Shown here: one piece after another, positions 39,463-48,973 of the stretch
Position numbering within the stretch: position 1 is the stretch's first letter
Layout of the letters: every line of letters begins with the position of its first letter
Source: Minisyncoccota bacterium
GTDB taxonomy: Bacteria; Patescibacteriota; Minisyncoccia; JAHIHE01; JAGLIN01
Length of the DNA: 64,000 nt
Reading direction: 5' to 3'
NCBI GenBank assembly: GCA_041661265.1
Contig: JBAZUT010000003.1
Location: 143,191 to 207,190, forward strand
The notes under the pieces: generated by a model
What the model was told of the DNA's origin: nothing
Seen by the model: only the letters and a program-made list of their open reading frames with translations
Databases searched by the model: none
Program-made: the position numbers and the translations under genes

Positions 39463-41928
39463 ATGGAAATCGATTTTATTGATCTGGTCATTACAGTCGG
39501 CATTTTTGATTTTGCCGTGTTGTTTTTTGTTTTTTTTATTTTTTGTTTTTTTGTCTACTTTATCTCAAACTTGAAAAGCTCGGGACAGCTTTCGCGCTCG
39601 CTGAATATGACCGTTCTCCGGATCGCTGTGCCGAAAAACAACCAAAAAGAACAGAAAGAAACAGGCGAAGCGGAAAAGGAAAGTATTTCCATAATGGAAC
39701 ATCTTTTCGCAAGCTTGAGCAATATCAGGGAAGAGTCTATGAAGAAGCTGATCTATGGCCCATTTTATCTTTCTTTCGAGATATCTACGCCGATAGACAG
39801 CAATGAAATTTTTTTCTATGTTTCATGCCCGAAAAAGTTCCAGTCGATAATCGAAAAACAGATACATAGCTTTTATTCAGACGCGGAGATCAAAAAGATC
39901 GACGACTACAATTCATTCGTTCCCAACGGAAAAAGCGCAGGATGCTATTTGAAACTCAAAAAAACCACCGCATTCCCTCTGAAAACATACAGAAGACTCG
40001 AAGCCGATCCGATCTCAAGCATAACCAATGCGCTCAGCAAGATCCCTGTCGGAAAAGGCGCAGCCATACAGATCATAATCAAACCGACAGATAATCTCTG
40101 GCACCAGGAAAGCACTGAGCTCATCAAAGAAATGCAAAAGGGCAGAGGATTCGGCGGAAAAAAACAATCTTCGACCGTAAAAGCGATCGGCGAATTTGCA
40201 AAGATCGCTGCCGGAACAGACTCAAAGAAGGATGAAAAGAAAAAGCAGGAAGAACTTCAGATAAAACTTACATCTTCTCAGGAAGAAACGATGAAAGCCG
40301 TTTCCGAGAAAGCGACTAAGGTCGGATTTATGACCAATATACGGATAGTCACATCAGCTCCTACGCTTGAAGAAGCAAAAATGACGCTGAACGAGATTGA
40401 GAATTCATTCACTCAATTCGGTTCACCGGACCTCAACTCATTCGAGATCAGCGAGCTTGTGGGGGGAAGTCTCAATCAGGCAATATATAATTTTATATTC
40501 AGAAATTTCGACAAGTCGCGGAAGATCATCCTCAACACGGAAGAGCTTGCCAGCATATATCATTTCCCGATCATGTCGACACAGACCCCTCAGGTCAATT
40601 GGCTGAAATCAAAACAGGCGCCGGCGCCGAACAATATCGTCGAAAAGGGATTGATATTGGGGCACAATACATACAGAGGGATCGACACGATCATAAAGAT
40701 CGGACGCGAAGACAGAAGAAGGCACATGTACGTCATCGGACAGACCGGAACCGGAAAGTCGGCTTTCCTCGGCGAACTCATTAAGCAGGATATAAAAAAT
40801 GGCGACGGCATATGTCTTATAGACCCGCATGGCGATCTTGTTGAAGAGGCACTGGGTTCGGTTCCAAAAGACAGAGCTGAGGACGTCGTGCTTTTCGATC
40901 CGTCAAACATGCAGAAGCCGATGGGGTTGAACCTTCTTGAATATGATCCGAATTATCCCGAGCAAAAGACGTTTGTCATCAATGAAATGATCAAGATCTT
41001 CGATAAATTATATGATCTGAAATCCACAGGCGGACCGATGTTCGAGCAATATATGAGAAATGCGATGCTTCTTATCATGGAAGATCCCGCCTCAGGATCC
41101 ACGCTGATCGAAATCTCAAAAGTTCTTGCGGATGCGGAGTTCAGAAAATATAAATTATCGAAATGCAAGAATTATGTCGTCAAGAATTTCTGGCAAAAAG
41201 AAGCTGAAAAGGCCGGCGGGGAAGCGGCTCTTGCGAATATGGTACCCTACATCACAAGCAAGCTGACACAATTCATATCCAACGACACAATGCGACCGAT
41301 CATCGGCCAGCAGAAAAGCTCCATAAATTTCAGAGAAATAATGGATAATCGCAAGATCCTTCTTGTGAACCTTTCAAAGGGAAGGATCGGAGAAATGAAC
41401 GCATATCTTTTGGGACTTGTTATTGTCGGAAAAATACTGGTTTCATCGCTCAGCAGAACCGACATGCCGCAGGAAGAAAGAAAAGATTTCTATCTATATA
41501 TCGACGAGTTCCAGAATTTCACAACCGACAGCATTTCAACCATACTTTCTGAAGCGAGAAAATATCGATTGTGCCTCAACATAGCGCATCAATTCCTCGG
41601 CCAGCTTCCCGAAGAGATCCAAAAGTCCGTATTCGGAAACGTCGGAAGCATAATCTCTTTCAGGATCGGCCCCGAGGACGCCGAATTTATGACAAAACAA
41701 TTCATGCCCGTATTTGATGAACAGGACCTTATCAACATCGACAACTACAACGCCTACGTAAAACTTATGATATCGGGAACCATAAGCAGGGGATTTAATA
41801 TGGCCACATTCCCGCCGCTCAAGACAAATCTCGAGATCGCAAGCGCAATTAAAGAGCTTTCTTCACTTAAATATGGCCGTGATAGAGAAGTTATCGAACG
41901 CGAGATAATACAAAGAACGCTGATCTAG
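39463..41928 (+). CDS. VirD4/TraD/TrwB-like type IV secretion coupling ATPase (HerA/FtsK clan)
   Basis: N-terminal TM; RRRHMYVIGQTGTGKS (Walker A), IDPHGD, LYIDEFQNF (Walker B) and SEARKY...AHQ motifs. Confidence 0.9.
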   Translation: MEIDFIDLVITVGIFDFAVLFFVFFIFCFFVYFISNLKSSGQLSRSLNMTVLRIAVPKNNQKEQKETGEAEKESISIMEHLFASLSNIREESMKKLIYGPFYLSFEISTPIDSNEIFFYVSCPKKFQSIIEKQIHSFYSDAEIKKIDDYNSFVPNGKSAGCYLKLKKTTAFPLKTYRRLEADPISSITNALSKIPVGKGAAIQIIIKPTDNLWHQESTELIKEMQKGRGFGGKKQSSTVKAIGEFAKIAAGTDSKKDEKKKQEELQIKLTSSQEETMKAVSEKATKVGFMTNIRIVTSAPTLEEAKMTLNEIENSFTQFGSPDLNSFEISELVGGSLNQAIYNFIFRNFDKSRKIILNTEELASIYHFPIMSTQTPQVNWLKSKQAPAPNNIVEKGLILGHNTYRGIDTIIKIGREDRRRHMYVIGQTGTGKSAFLGELIKQDIKNGDGICLIDPHGDLVEEALGSVPKDRAEDVVLFDPSNMQKPMGLNLLEYDPNYPEQKTFVINEMIKIFDKLYDLKSTGGPMFEQYMRNAMLLIMEDPASGSTLIEISKVLADAEFRKYKLSKCKNYVVKNFWQKEAEKAGGEAALANMVPYITSKLTQFISNDTMRPIIGQQKSSINFREIMDNRKILLVNLSKGRIGEMNAYLLGLVIVGKILVSSLSRTDMPQEERKDFYLYIDEFQNFTTDSISTILSEARKYRLCLNIAHQFLGQLPEEIQKSVFGNVGSIISFRIGPEDAEFMTKQFMPVFDEQDLINIDNYNAYVKLMISGTISRGFNMATFPPLKTNLEIASAIKELSSLKYGRDREVIEREIIQRTLI

Positions 41929-41933
41929 ACTAA

Positions 41934-42094
41934 GAGCCTGTCTGAAAAGTTCATATTTGGCCAAAAACTCATAATTTCGGCTGCAAATCATTCAAAACTC
42001 GTCAGCTTAACATCAGTTAAACCTCCTCATTTTTTATAATTTTCGCTCGAAATCCTGAGTTTTATTGCTCAAAAGAAACTTCTCAGACAGGCTC
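41934..42094. mobile_element. MITE of 161 bp with terminal inverted repeats and TAA target duplication
   Basis: taa-GAGCCTGTCTGAAAAGTT ... AACTTCTCAGACAGGCTC-taa (17/18 match); internal imperfect inverted repeat; no ORF. Confidence 0.8.
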
Positions 42095-42180
42095 TAAGAT
42101 TTCACTATCACACCCAATAAGCCGTTTTAAAGGCCGGGTATTGCCAATTTGGCTGGAATTGATATAATGTTCTAGTATCT

Positions 42181-42253
42181 GCGGGTGTCGTATAACGGCT
42201 TATTATGCTAGCCTTCCAAGCTGGAGACGTGGGTTCGACTCCCATCACCCGCT
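42181..42253 (+). tRNA. tRNA-Gly(TCC)
   Basis: GCGGGTG/CACCCGC-T acceptor stem; CTAGC-CT-TCC-AA-GCTGG anticodon arm; GGTTCGACTCC. Confidence 0.95.
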
Positions 42254-42285
42254 CATCGATAATGAAAAATGCAGCATAAAAAAAC

Positions 42286-44268
42286 TTGATGATATTAAAA
42301 CAAAATATTTACGCGGTCAAGAAAAAAACAAAACAACTAAAATCGTTTTATGCGTTTATGTTGTTTTTTTGTGCCTTTTTCATTTATTCACCTTTTATAT
42401 TTTCCGGATACGCAAAAGCTGACACGCTTAATGACAAAGTTAATTTCCTCGTCGATTCTTCATATGACTCGAATAACCGGTCGAATATCGATACGACACT
42501 GAGAAAGATCAGCAATTACGCTTTTTTTTATGTCGAAAACGAATATTACGATTCCCTTGGATATGCCGAACAGGTTAAATTCGATTCCGACCTTGAAAAT
42601 CTTGCTTCCAGTTTTGATAACACGATATATCCCAGAATGCGCAATATCTTCGGGGATGAATGGAGTCCCGGAATTGACAACATGGAACACATCACAATAC
42701 TTTTCACAAAAACAAAAGAGAATGTCGGCGGTTATTTCAATCCCAACGACGAGTATCCGAAATCAAATGTCGTCGATGACAAAAGCAATGAGAGAGAAAT
42801 GCTCTATCTGAACGCAATTTTTGCAGGCAATGACAGGATAGAAAGTTTTATAGCCCATGAATTTCAGCACATGATAACGTGGTATCATAAAACTAAACTT
42901 AGAAATATCAATGACGACATCTGGCTGAACGAATCCAGATCGGAATATGCATCGACCGCGATAGGATATGATGACGACTATCAGAAAAGCAATCTTCGCG
43001 CCAGAGTCGAGAATTTCATGCAAAATCAGACTGACTCGCTTACGGAATGGCAGAACAAGATCCAGGATTATTCTTCCGTAAATCTCTTTTCTCAATACCT
43101 CGCCGATCATTTCGGAGGCGACACCTTCAGGACTATGATAGGCAATGATACTGCCGGCATCGAAAGCATAAATAAGGCGCTCAGCGAAAATGGCTTCACG
43201 AGCAGTGTTTTTTCCGATATTTTTTCGAATTGGAGCGTGGCCAATTATCTGAACAACAGATATTATCTTGACGGAAAATATGGATACATTAATCCAAATC
43301 TTACATATGACAATTTCCATCTGGCACCGACAAAGACCTATTTTATCGGCAACGACGATATTCCCGTCAGCATATCAGCTTCCATTAAAGACTGGAGTTC
43401 GAGATATTTTGAAATAAAACCGGCCAATAACCTGACGGGCTTGAATATCGAGATAAGCTTTAACGGCGATAATTCGGGTAAATTTGCTGTTCCATATGCG
43501 CTCATGTCCGGAGATGCGGTTGTTTCCGTGAGTAAAGCTATTCTTGACAGGAATCAGGATAATAAAATACTGGTCAAAAACTTCGGAACAGATATCACTT
43601 CCGTCATATTGATGCCGAATAGCCAGAAAAAAACAGAGGGATTCGGGAGCGAGATAGAATCATATTCATTTTCCATTTCCGTTAAGACGATCATCGGAGA
43701 ACTATACCCCGACGGCACAATTCTAAAATCATACAAAAATCCTGAAGTATATCTGATCGAGGACGGAAAGAAGAGGTGGATCACGAGCGCTGCGGCTTTT
43801 ATTTCAAACGGATACAGCTGGAATAACATAACCTATATAAATTCTAACGAACTCGACTTTTTTGAAAGAGGAGAAAATATTTATGCAAAAGACCTGAAAC
43901 CCGACGGCACTCTCATTAAGGGCAGCGGACCGGAGGTTTATATTGTTGAAAACGGAATGAAAAGATGGATAACGACAGCCGGAGTTTTCGTGTCGAGGGG
44001 CTATAAATGGGAAAACATCATAACTGTGTCGGAAAACGAACTCGGTTCATATACAGAAGGTCAGGATATATCTTTCCAGAATCTGAAACCCGACGGCACT
44101 CTCATTAAGGGCAGCGGACCGGAGGTTTATATTGTTGAAAACGGAATGAAAAGATGGATAACGACAGCCGGAGTTTTCGTGTCGAGGGGCTATAAATGGG
44201 AAGAGATCGTCGTGATCCCGGACATAGACTTGAACTCTTATGCGGACGGATTGGATATAGACAGATGA
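42286..44268 (+). CDS. Secreted zinc metallopeptidase (M30/M6-like) with three C-terminal ~63-aa repeats
   Basis: Signal/TM segment, GGYF, HEFQH, WLNE; repeats of the form PDGTLIK...VYIVENG.KRWIT...GYKW. Confidence 0.8.
   Translation: MMILKQNIYAVKKKTKQLKSFYAFMLFFCAFFIYSPFIFSGYAKADTLNDKVNFLVDSSYDSNNRSNIDTTLRKISNYAFFYVENEYYDSLGYAEQVKFDSDLENLASSFDNTIYPRMRNIFGDEWSPGIDNMEHITILFTKTKENVGGYFNPNDEYPKSNVVDDKSNEREMLYLNAIFAGNDRIESFIAHEFQHMITWYHKTKLRNINDDIWLNESRSEYASTAIGYDDDYQKSNLRARVENFMQNQTDSLTEWQNKIQDYSSVNLFSQYLADHFGGDTFRTMIGNDTAGIESINKALSENGFTSSVFSDIFSNWSVANYLNNRYYLDGKYGYINPNLTYDNFHLAPTKTYFIGNDDIPVSISASIKDWSSRYFEIKPANNLTGLNIEISFNGDNSGKFAVPYALMSGDAVVSVSKAILDRNQDNKILVKNFGTDITSVILMPNSQKKTEGFGSEIESYSFSISVKTIIGELYPDGTILKSYKNPEVYLIEDGKKRWITSAAAFISNGYSWNNITYINSNELDFFERGENIYAKDLKPDGTLIKGSGPEVYIVENGMKRWITTAGVFVSRGYKWENIITVSENELGSYTEGQDISFQNLKPDGTLIKGSGPEVYIVENGMKRWITTAGVFVSRGYKWEEIVVIPDIDLNSYADGLDIDR
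43894..44202 (+). repeat. Two identical 120-bp direct repeats (43894-44013 and 44083-44202)
   Basis: Base-for-base identity with a 189-bp period. Confidence 0.92.
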
Positions 44269-44354
44269 TCACAAAAGCGGCTTGTTTCTGATGAGCTGTT
44301 TTTTTTATCGATAGCGCCAAACGGAACAATATGCTATAATGTGGTCATAGAAAT

Positions 44355-47300
44355 ATGATTATTACAAAATTAAATTCAAAGAAATTACCCTATTCTGCTA
44401 TTTTATTCCTAGCAGTATTTTTTGCCTTGTTCGAAAACATCGCATATGCATCGAATTCTATCGCGCCTGAAATAATACCCCGATCCGTCTGGGGAGGAAG
44501 CAAAACGACCCCGGATTGGCCAGTTGAATACGGCAATGCGGAAAAATTCGTAATTCACCACACCGCCAGCTCCACTCTCACTCCCGATGCGGACGGAAGC
44601 GGTAAATACACCGACATGGTGGAAAGCATATTCGATTATCACAGCGAAAAAAAAACCTGGTATGACGATGATGGGGAGTATGTCGGATTCGGAGATATAG
44701 GATACAACTACATCATAGATCCGAATGGGAATATTTATGAAGGCCGAGCCGGCGGGAACGGGAGCACCGGCGGACACGTGAAAGGATTCAATGTCGGCAG
44801 CATCGGCATTTCCGTTCTCGGAAGGTATCAAGGATATCTCAATTCCAAGAACGAGAACGTACCATCCCACCCCGTCACGGATTCGATCCTGGATTCTCTG
44901 AAAAATCTGATCGGCTGGCTTGCTTCTGCGAATAACATAGACCTGAACGCTACGACGGAATTCCATGGAAAAAATATAGACGGGATCGTCGGACACAGGG
45001 ACCTTTCGGCAACGATATGCCCGGGAAATGACCTTTATTCAAAACTCAGCGAGATACAGAATTCTGCCGTCATCAAAAAGACGGAATTCGACAAATACGC
45101 CTATCAGATTCCGGGCGACCGGTCGATATACGTCATCGACGAAGGCTATAAGCTGAAATTTAACTCGTTAGGGGAGCTTCCAAGCGGACACAGGAACAAA
45201 AATGTCATAGCCGCTTCCGAAGCTCAATTGGACCTTTTCAGATATAAGGATTCAACGATATATCCCGATGGATCGCTATTGCAGGAATTCGGTTCTAATG
45301 CGGTTTATTATATCGACAAACAGGAGAAAAGACATCTGAATATGAAAGGCGAAGAGTTTTCAAAAATGGGATTCGATAATTCCAAGATCATATACGTTTT
45401 TAAAAGCGATCTGAATATTTACAAAGAGGGGAAAAACATCAAATACGGACCGGACGGAAAATTGGTCAAAGACGCAAGTTCGAAAGTATACCTTATTCAG
45501 AGCGGAAAGAAAAGAGGATTCACCTCGGCAAAGCTTTTCGAGTTCCTCGGATATAGATGGAAGAATATCGAACTAGATGAAAACATCGGTCTTTATCTTG
45601 ATGGAGGCGATATGCTGTATCCGGACAAATCCCTGGTCAAAACCGCCGCCAGTCCCAATGTCTATTTCATTGAAAATAAGCAGAAAAGAAAAATAACCTC
45701 GGATACCCTGTTCAATAAGCTGGGATACAAGACAAAAAATGTGATCACGATCGAAGATGTCGAACTCTCCCATTTTCCGAGCGCAAAAAATATGACATAC
45801 CCCGACGGCACGCTCCTACAGCAAGAGAACAGGCCTTCGGTTTATCTCGTCGCAAATGGCAGTGTCAGGATATTTCCTTCAGCTGAATTATTCCTGAAAC
45901 TCGGATATAAATGGAAGAACGTGACCGCGATCAAGGCAGATGAGTTCAAGAATTATTCCTATGCAGGAAGGGTCCTGCAACCAAATGGGACATTGATCAG
46001 ACCATTGGACGGATCGGACATTTATCTTGTCGACAATGGCACAAAGAGAAAGATATCTTCGGCTTTAATGTTCGAAAAGCTCGGATACAAATGGAACAGC
46101 GTACTCCCGCTTCCACCGGACCAGATCAATGAATATCCTTCCGGAGAGAATTTAAAGTATCCGGATGGAACATTGATCAAAAAGGAAGGATCCGGGATCA
46201 TTTACAGAATCGACGGCGGGAAGATCAGGGAATTCACATCCCAAACGCTTTTCGAAAAGACCGGAAGCAAGTGGACGGATGTCGTGACTCTTCCGGCCAA
46301 TGAATTTGCAGCGTATGCATATGGCGGGATCGTAATGTATCCGAATAAGACTTTGCTCCGGGAAAAGGGAAAGGATGCCATCTATGTCATAAAAGATCAA
46401 AAAGCTTTGGGCATTAAAAGCCTGGCTGAATTCAATAAAGCCGGATATAAATGGAAGGATGTGATTGATCTGCCGAAAGAAGAAATAACCCTGATGATTG
46501 ATCCGGGCAAGGCGTTCCAGAGGGATGCAACACCGCAATACATTCCGGCCAAATCTCCGGCTAAAAGCGCGGATGCATTGACCAGCCAGGAAAAAACCGA
46601 GCCTCCCGCGTCGAACACTTCCGCCAACAAACCGGTTAATCCCGACATAAAGATAGCAATATACTCGATCACGGAAGGAAGTGTAAGGATGACGGCCAAC
46701 GGACCGTATAAAGTGGATCATATGAACGGAGACGGTACTATCCAGAAAACGGAAAAAAGATCCGCGAACGAGCAGACCGAAATAGCATATTTCAATTCCG
46801 CGTCCTATGTAAAATTCACCCCATCAAGCAAAGATACAGTGCTTGAGGTCGTGTCGTATAACGATCCATCCTGGAACAATGCCGTGAATGATAACAGATT
46901 CAGAGGTAATATTATAATCAAATACTCGGATATTTCCGATAAGCTATGGATCGTAAATGAGCTTCCTCTGGAAGATTACGTTAATGGAATAGCCGAAACT
47001 ACGAGCGAAAGCCATAACGAATATCTCAAGGCGTTCAGTATAATTGCAAGAACTTATGCAATGTATTATATTGAAAGGGGAGGCAAGCACATCGGAGAAC
47101 CTTTCCACCTGAAGAACAGCAGAAATGGAAATGGCAATGATCAGTCATATAAGGGATATAATTTCGAGATAAGAGCCGATAAGATAGTTTTGGCAAGCAG
47201 AGAAACTGCGGGAAAAATAATAACCTTTAACGGAAAACCGATTGTAGCGGCGTATTCATCGGATTCGGGCGGCGTTACAAAAAGCGCCTGTGATGTTCTG

Positions 47301-47510
47301 AGCAAAACTTATTGCAACAGCGACTTTTCCTATCTTTCCGGCGGCGCCAATGATCCAGATGGAACCGTTCACGACCGGAACAAGATGGCATCGAGTCATG
47401 GAGCCGGTATGAGTGCGGTGGGAGCCCTCAAGATGGCAGAAAACGGCACCTCCTTGCAGAACATGATCGCGCACTATTACCCTGGAGTTGAAATTATTAA
47501 ATATTATTGA
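44355..47510 (+). CDS. Multidomain peptidoglycan hydrolase: PGRP/Amidase_2, about 7-8 repeats, SpoIID/LytB domain
   Basis: IIPRSVWG, IHHTA, DIGYNYII, IYEGR, GHRD...TICPG; repeats YPDGTL...VY....KR; VNELPLEDYVNGIAE, ARTYA and HGAGMS. Confidence 0.88.
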   Translation: MIITKLNSKKLPYSAILFLAVFFALFENIAYASNSIAPEIIPRSVWGGSKTTPDWPVEYGNAEKFVIHHTASSTLTPDADGSGKYTDMVESIFDYHSEKKTWYDDDGEYVGFGDIGYNYIIDPNGNIYEGRAGGNGSTGGHVKGFNVGSIGISVLGRYQGYLNSKNENVPSHPVTDSILDSLKNLIGWLASANNIDLNATTEFHGKNIDGIVGHRDLSATICPGNDLYSKLSEIQNSAVIKKTEFDKYAYQIPGDRSIYVIDEGYKLKFNSLGELPSGHRNKNVIAASEAQLDLFRYKDSTIYPDGSLLQEFGSNAVYYIDKQEKRHLNMKGEEFSKMGFDNSKIIYVFKSDLNIYKEGKNIKYGPDGKLVKDASSKVYLIQSGKKRGFTSAKLFEFLGYRWKNIELDENIGLYLDGGDMLYPDKSLVKTAASPNVYFIENKQKRKITSDTLFNKLGYKTKNVITIEDVELSHFPSAKNMTYPDGTLLQQENRPSVYLVANGSVRIFPSAELFLKLGYKWKNVTAIKADEFKNYSYAGRVLQPNGTLIRPLDGSDIYLVDNGTKRKISSALMFEKLGYKWNSVLPLPPDQINEYPSGENLKYPDGTLIKKEGSGIIYRIDGGKIREFTSQTLFEKTGSKWTDVVTLPANEFAAYAYGGIVMYPNKTLLREKGKDAIYVIKDQKALGIKSLAEFNKAGYKWKDVIDLPKEEITLMIDPGKAFQRDATPQYIPAKSPAKSADALTSQEKTEPPASNTSANKPVNPDIKIAIYSITEGSVRMTANGPYKVDHMNGDGTIQKTEKRSANEQTEIAYFNSASYVKFTPSSKDTVLEVVSYNDPSWNNAVNDNRFRGNIIIKYSDISDKLWIVNELPLEDYVNGIAETTSESHNEYLKAFSIIARTYAMYYIERGGKHIGEPFHLKNSRNGNGNDQSYKGYNFEIRADKIVLASRETAGKIITFNGKPIVAAYSSDSGGVTKSACDVLSKTYCNSDFSYLSGGANDPDGTVHDRNKMASSHGAGMSAVGALKMAENGTSLQNMIAHYYPGVEIIKYY

Positions 47511-47517
47511 TAGTTCA

Positions 47518-47859
47518 ATGGAGCTGAACAAAAAAATATATTTTTCACTGATCGTATTTGCGATCAGTATTGCACAAGAGACCAATGCCACTCTGTCGAC
47601 ATTCGATTTTACTTCTCCAATTGAAAAAACTGACGTCAAAATCATATTGACTGACTTTCTTAAATGGCTGCTTACCGTGGTAGGATCATTCGCTTTTTTA
47701 GCGCTGATCATAGCAGGTATTTCATATATGACATCGATGGGCAATGTTGAAAAGGCTAAAAAGGCGAAAAAATCCGTGCTGTGGATAATCGGCGGACTAG
47801 TATTAATCCTGCTGTCATACTCCATTCTCGTAGTACTGGACAGTATTTTTACCGGTTAA
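47518..47859 (+). CDS. VirB2/TrbC-like T4SS pilin 1
   Basis: Signal-like N-terminus; TM-AGISYMTSMGN..KAKK-TM. Confidence 0.85.
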   Translation: MELNKKIYFSLIVFAISIAQETNATLSTFDFTSPIEKTDVKIILTDFLKWLLTVVGSFAFLALIIAGISYMTSMGNVEKAKKAKKSVLWIIGGLVLILLSYSILVVLDSIFTG

Positions 47860-47877
47860 AAGCAAAATAAATTTAAT

Positions 47878-48216
47878 ATGAGATCAATTACGCATAGGAT
47901 CATATTCGTACTTTTGGTTTTTAGCATCATCGGCGCAGACAATGCACATTGCTTAACCACAACCTATAAACTTCCTCCGACAACATCAACAACGGATTTT
48001 CAGATGTTGCTGGTTAATTTATTACACTGGATGCTTTCCGTGATCGGTCCGATCGCATTGATAATGCTTATCATAGCAGGGATGATGCATATAACATCAG
48101 CAGGAGATCCTCAGAAGGCGGCTTCAGCAAAAAAAGTCTATATGGCCATGGCAGGCCTGATCATTGCGTTATTATCCTATTCAATGCTCGTATTATTAAA
48201 TAATATGTTTACATAA
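47878..48216 (+). CDS. VirB2/TrbC-like T4SS pilin 2
   Basis: TM-AGMMHITSAGDPQKAASAKK-TM. Confidence 0.85.
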   Translation: MRSITHRIIFVLLVFSIIGADNAHCLTTTYKLPPTTSTTDFQMLLVNLLHWMLSVIGPIALIMLIIAGMMHITSAGDPQKAASAKKVYMAMAGLIIALLSYSMLVLLNNMFT

Positions 48217-48224
48217 TATAAATT

Positions 48225-48584
48225 ATGACAAAAACAAATAACATTATGATTTCTTTAATTTGTCGCATTCTTCCGACGCTTTCAATATTCGCGCTTGTAA
48301 ATACCGCTAATGCAGCAACAACGACCTATAAAGTGACAAACCCGATAGCCACAAGCGATTTTGCAAAAATAGTGGCTAATTTTTTGAAATGGTTTCTTTC
48401 CGTAGCCGGAGCCATTGCGATGATAATGCTTATAGTAGCAGGCATCATGTATATGGGTTCAGCAGGAAATCCTCAGAAGGCGGCTTCAGCGAAAAAAATG
48501 GTGATGATAACACTAGGCGGACTGATATTATCGCTTTTATCATATTCGATCCTGGTAATACTTGATAATATTTTTACAAAATAA
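48225..48584 (+). CDS. VirB2/TrbC-like T4SS pilin 3
   Basis: NPI..., TM-AGIMYMGSAGNPQKAASAKK-TM. Confidence 0.85.
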   Translation: MTKTNNIMISLICRILPTLSIFALVNTANAATTTYKVTNPIATSDFAKIVANFLKWFLSVAGAIAMIMLIVAGIMYMGSAGNPQKAASAKKMVMITLGGLILSLLSYSILVILDNIFTK

Positions 48585-48587
48585 CAT

Positions 48588-48953
48588 ATGACAACGATTG
48601 AAAGAAAGGGCGTAAAACTAATTTCCTTCTCCATATATTATTATGCATTTCTGATGGTCTTTCTCATTCAAAAGAAAGCTGAGGCTGCGTCGACGATCAC
48701 GGCAGTCACAAGAAAAATAAAAGTCAGCGACTTTGTGCATCTTATTGAAAACGTTTTTAAGTGGTCGCTCTCCGTTGCGGGAGGAATAGCGCTCATCATG
48801 CTCATAATCGGAGGCATCACATACATGACATCAACCGGAAATGAGCAGAAAGCCATGCAGGCAAAGAAAACATTTTATTGGGCGCTGGGCGGACTCATGC
48901 TACTGATCCTTGCGTATGGAATAGGTTTCGTCATATACGGAATATTCTTTTAA
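48588..48953 (+). CDS. VirB2/TrbC-like T4SS pilin 4
   Basis: TM-GGITYMTSTGNEQKAMQAKK-TM. Confidence 0.85.
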   Translation: MTTIERKGVKLISFSIYYYAFLMVFLIQKKAEAASTITAVTRKIKVSDFVHLIENVFKWSLSVAGGIALIMLIIGGITYMTSTGNEQKAMQAKKTFYWALGGLMLLILAYGIGFVIYGIFF

Positions 48954-48973
48954 CGACCTAACGGCTTACTGAA

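Noticed and set aside
43894-44202. Direct repeats as a CRISPR array or a DGR template/variable pair
   Set aside because: Only two in-frame 120-bp copies with no adenine-specific differences, and no cas or reverse transcriptase gene in the window.
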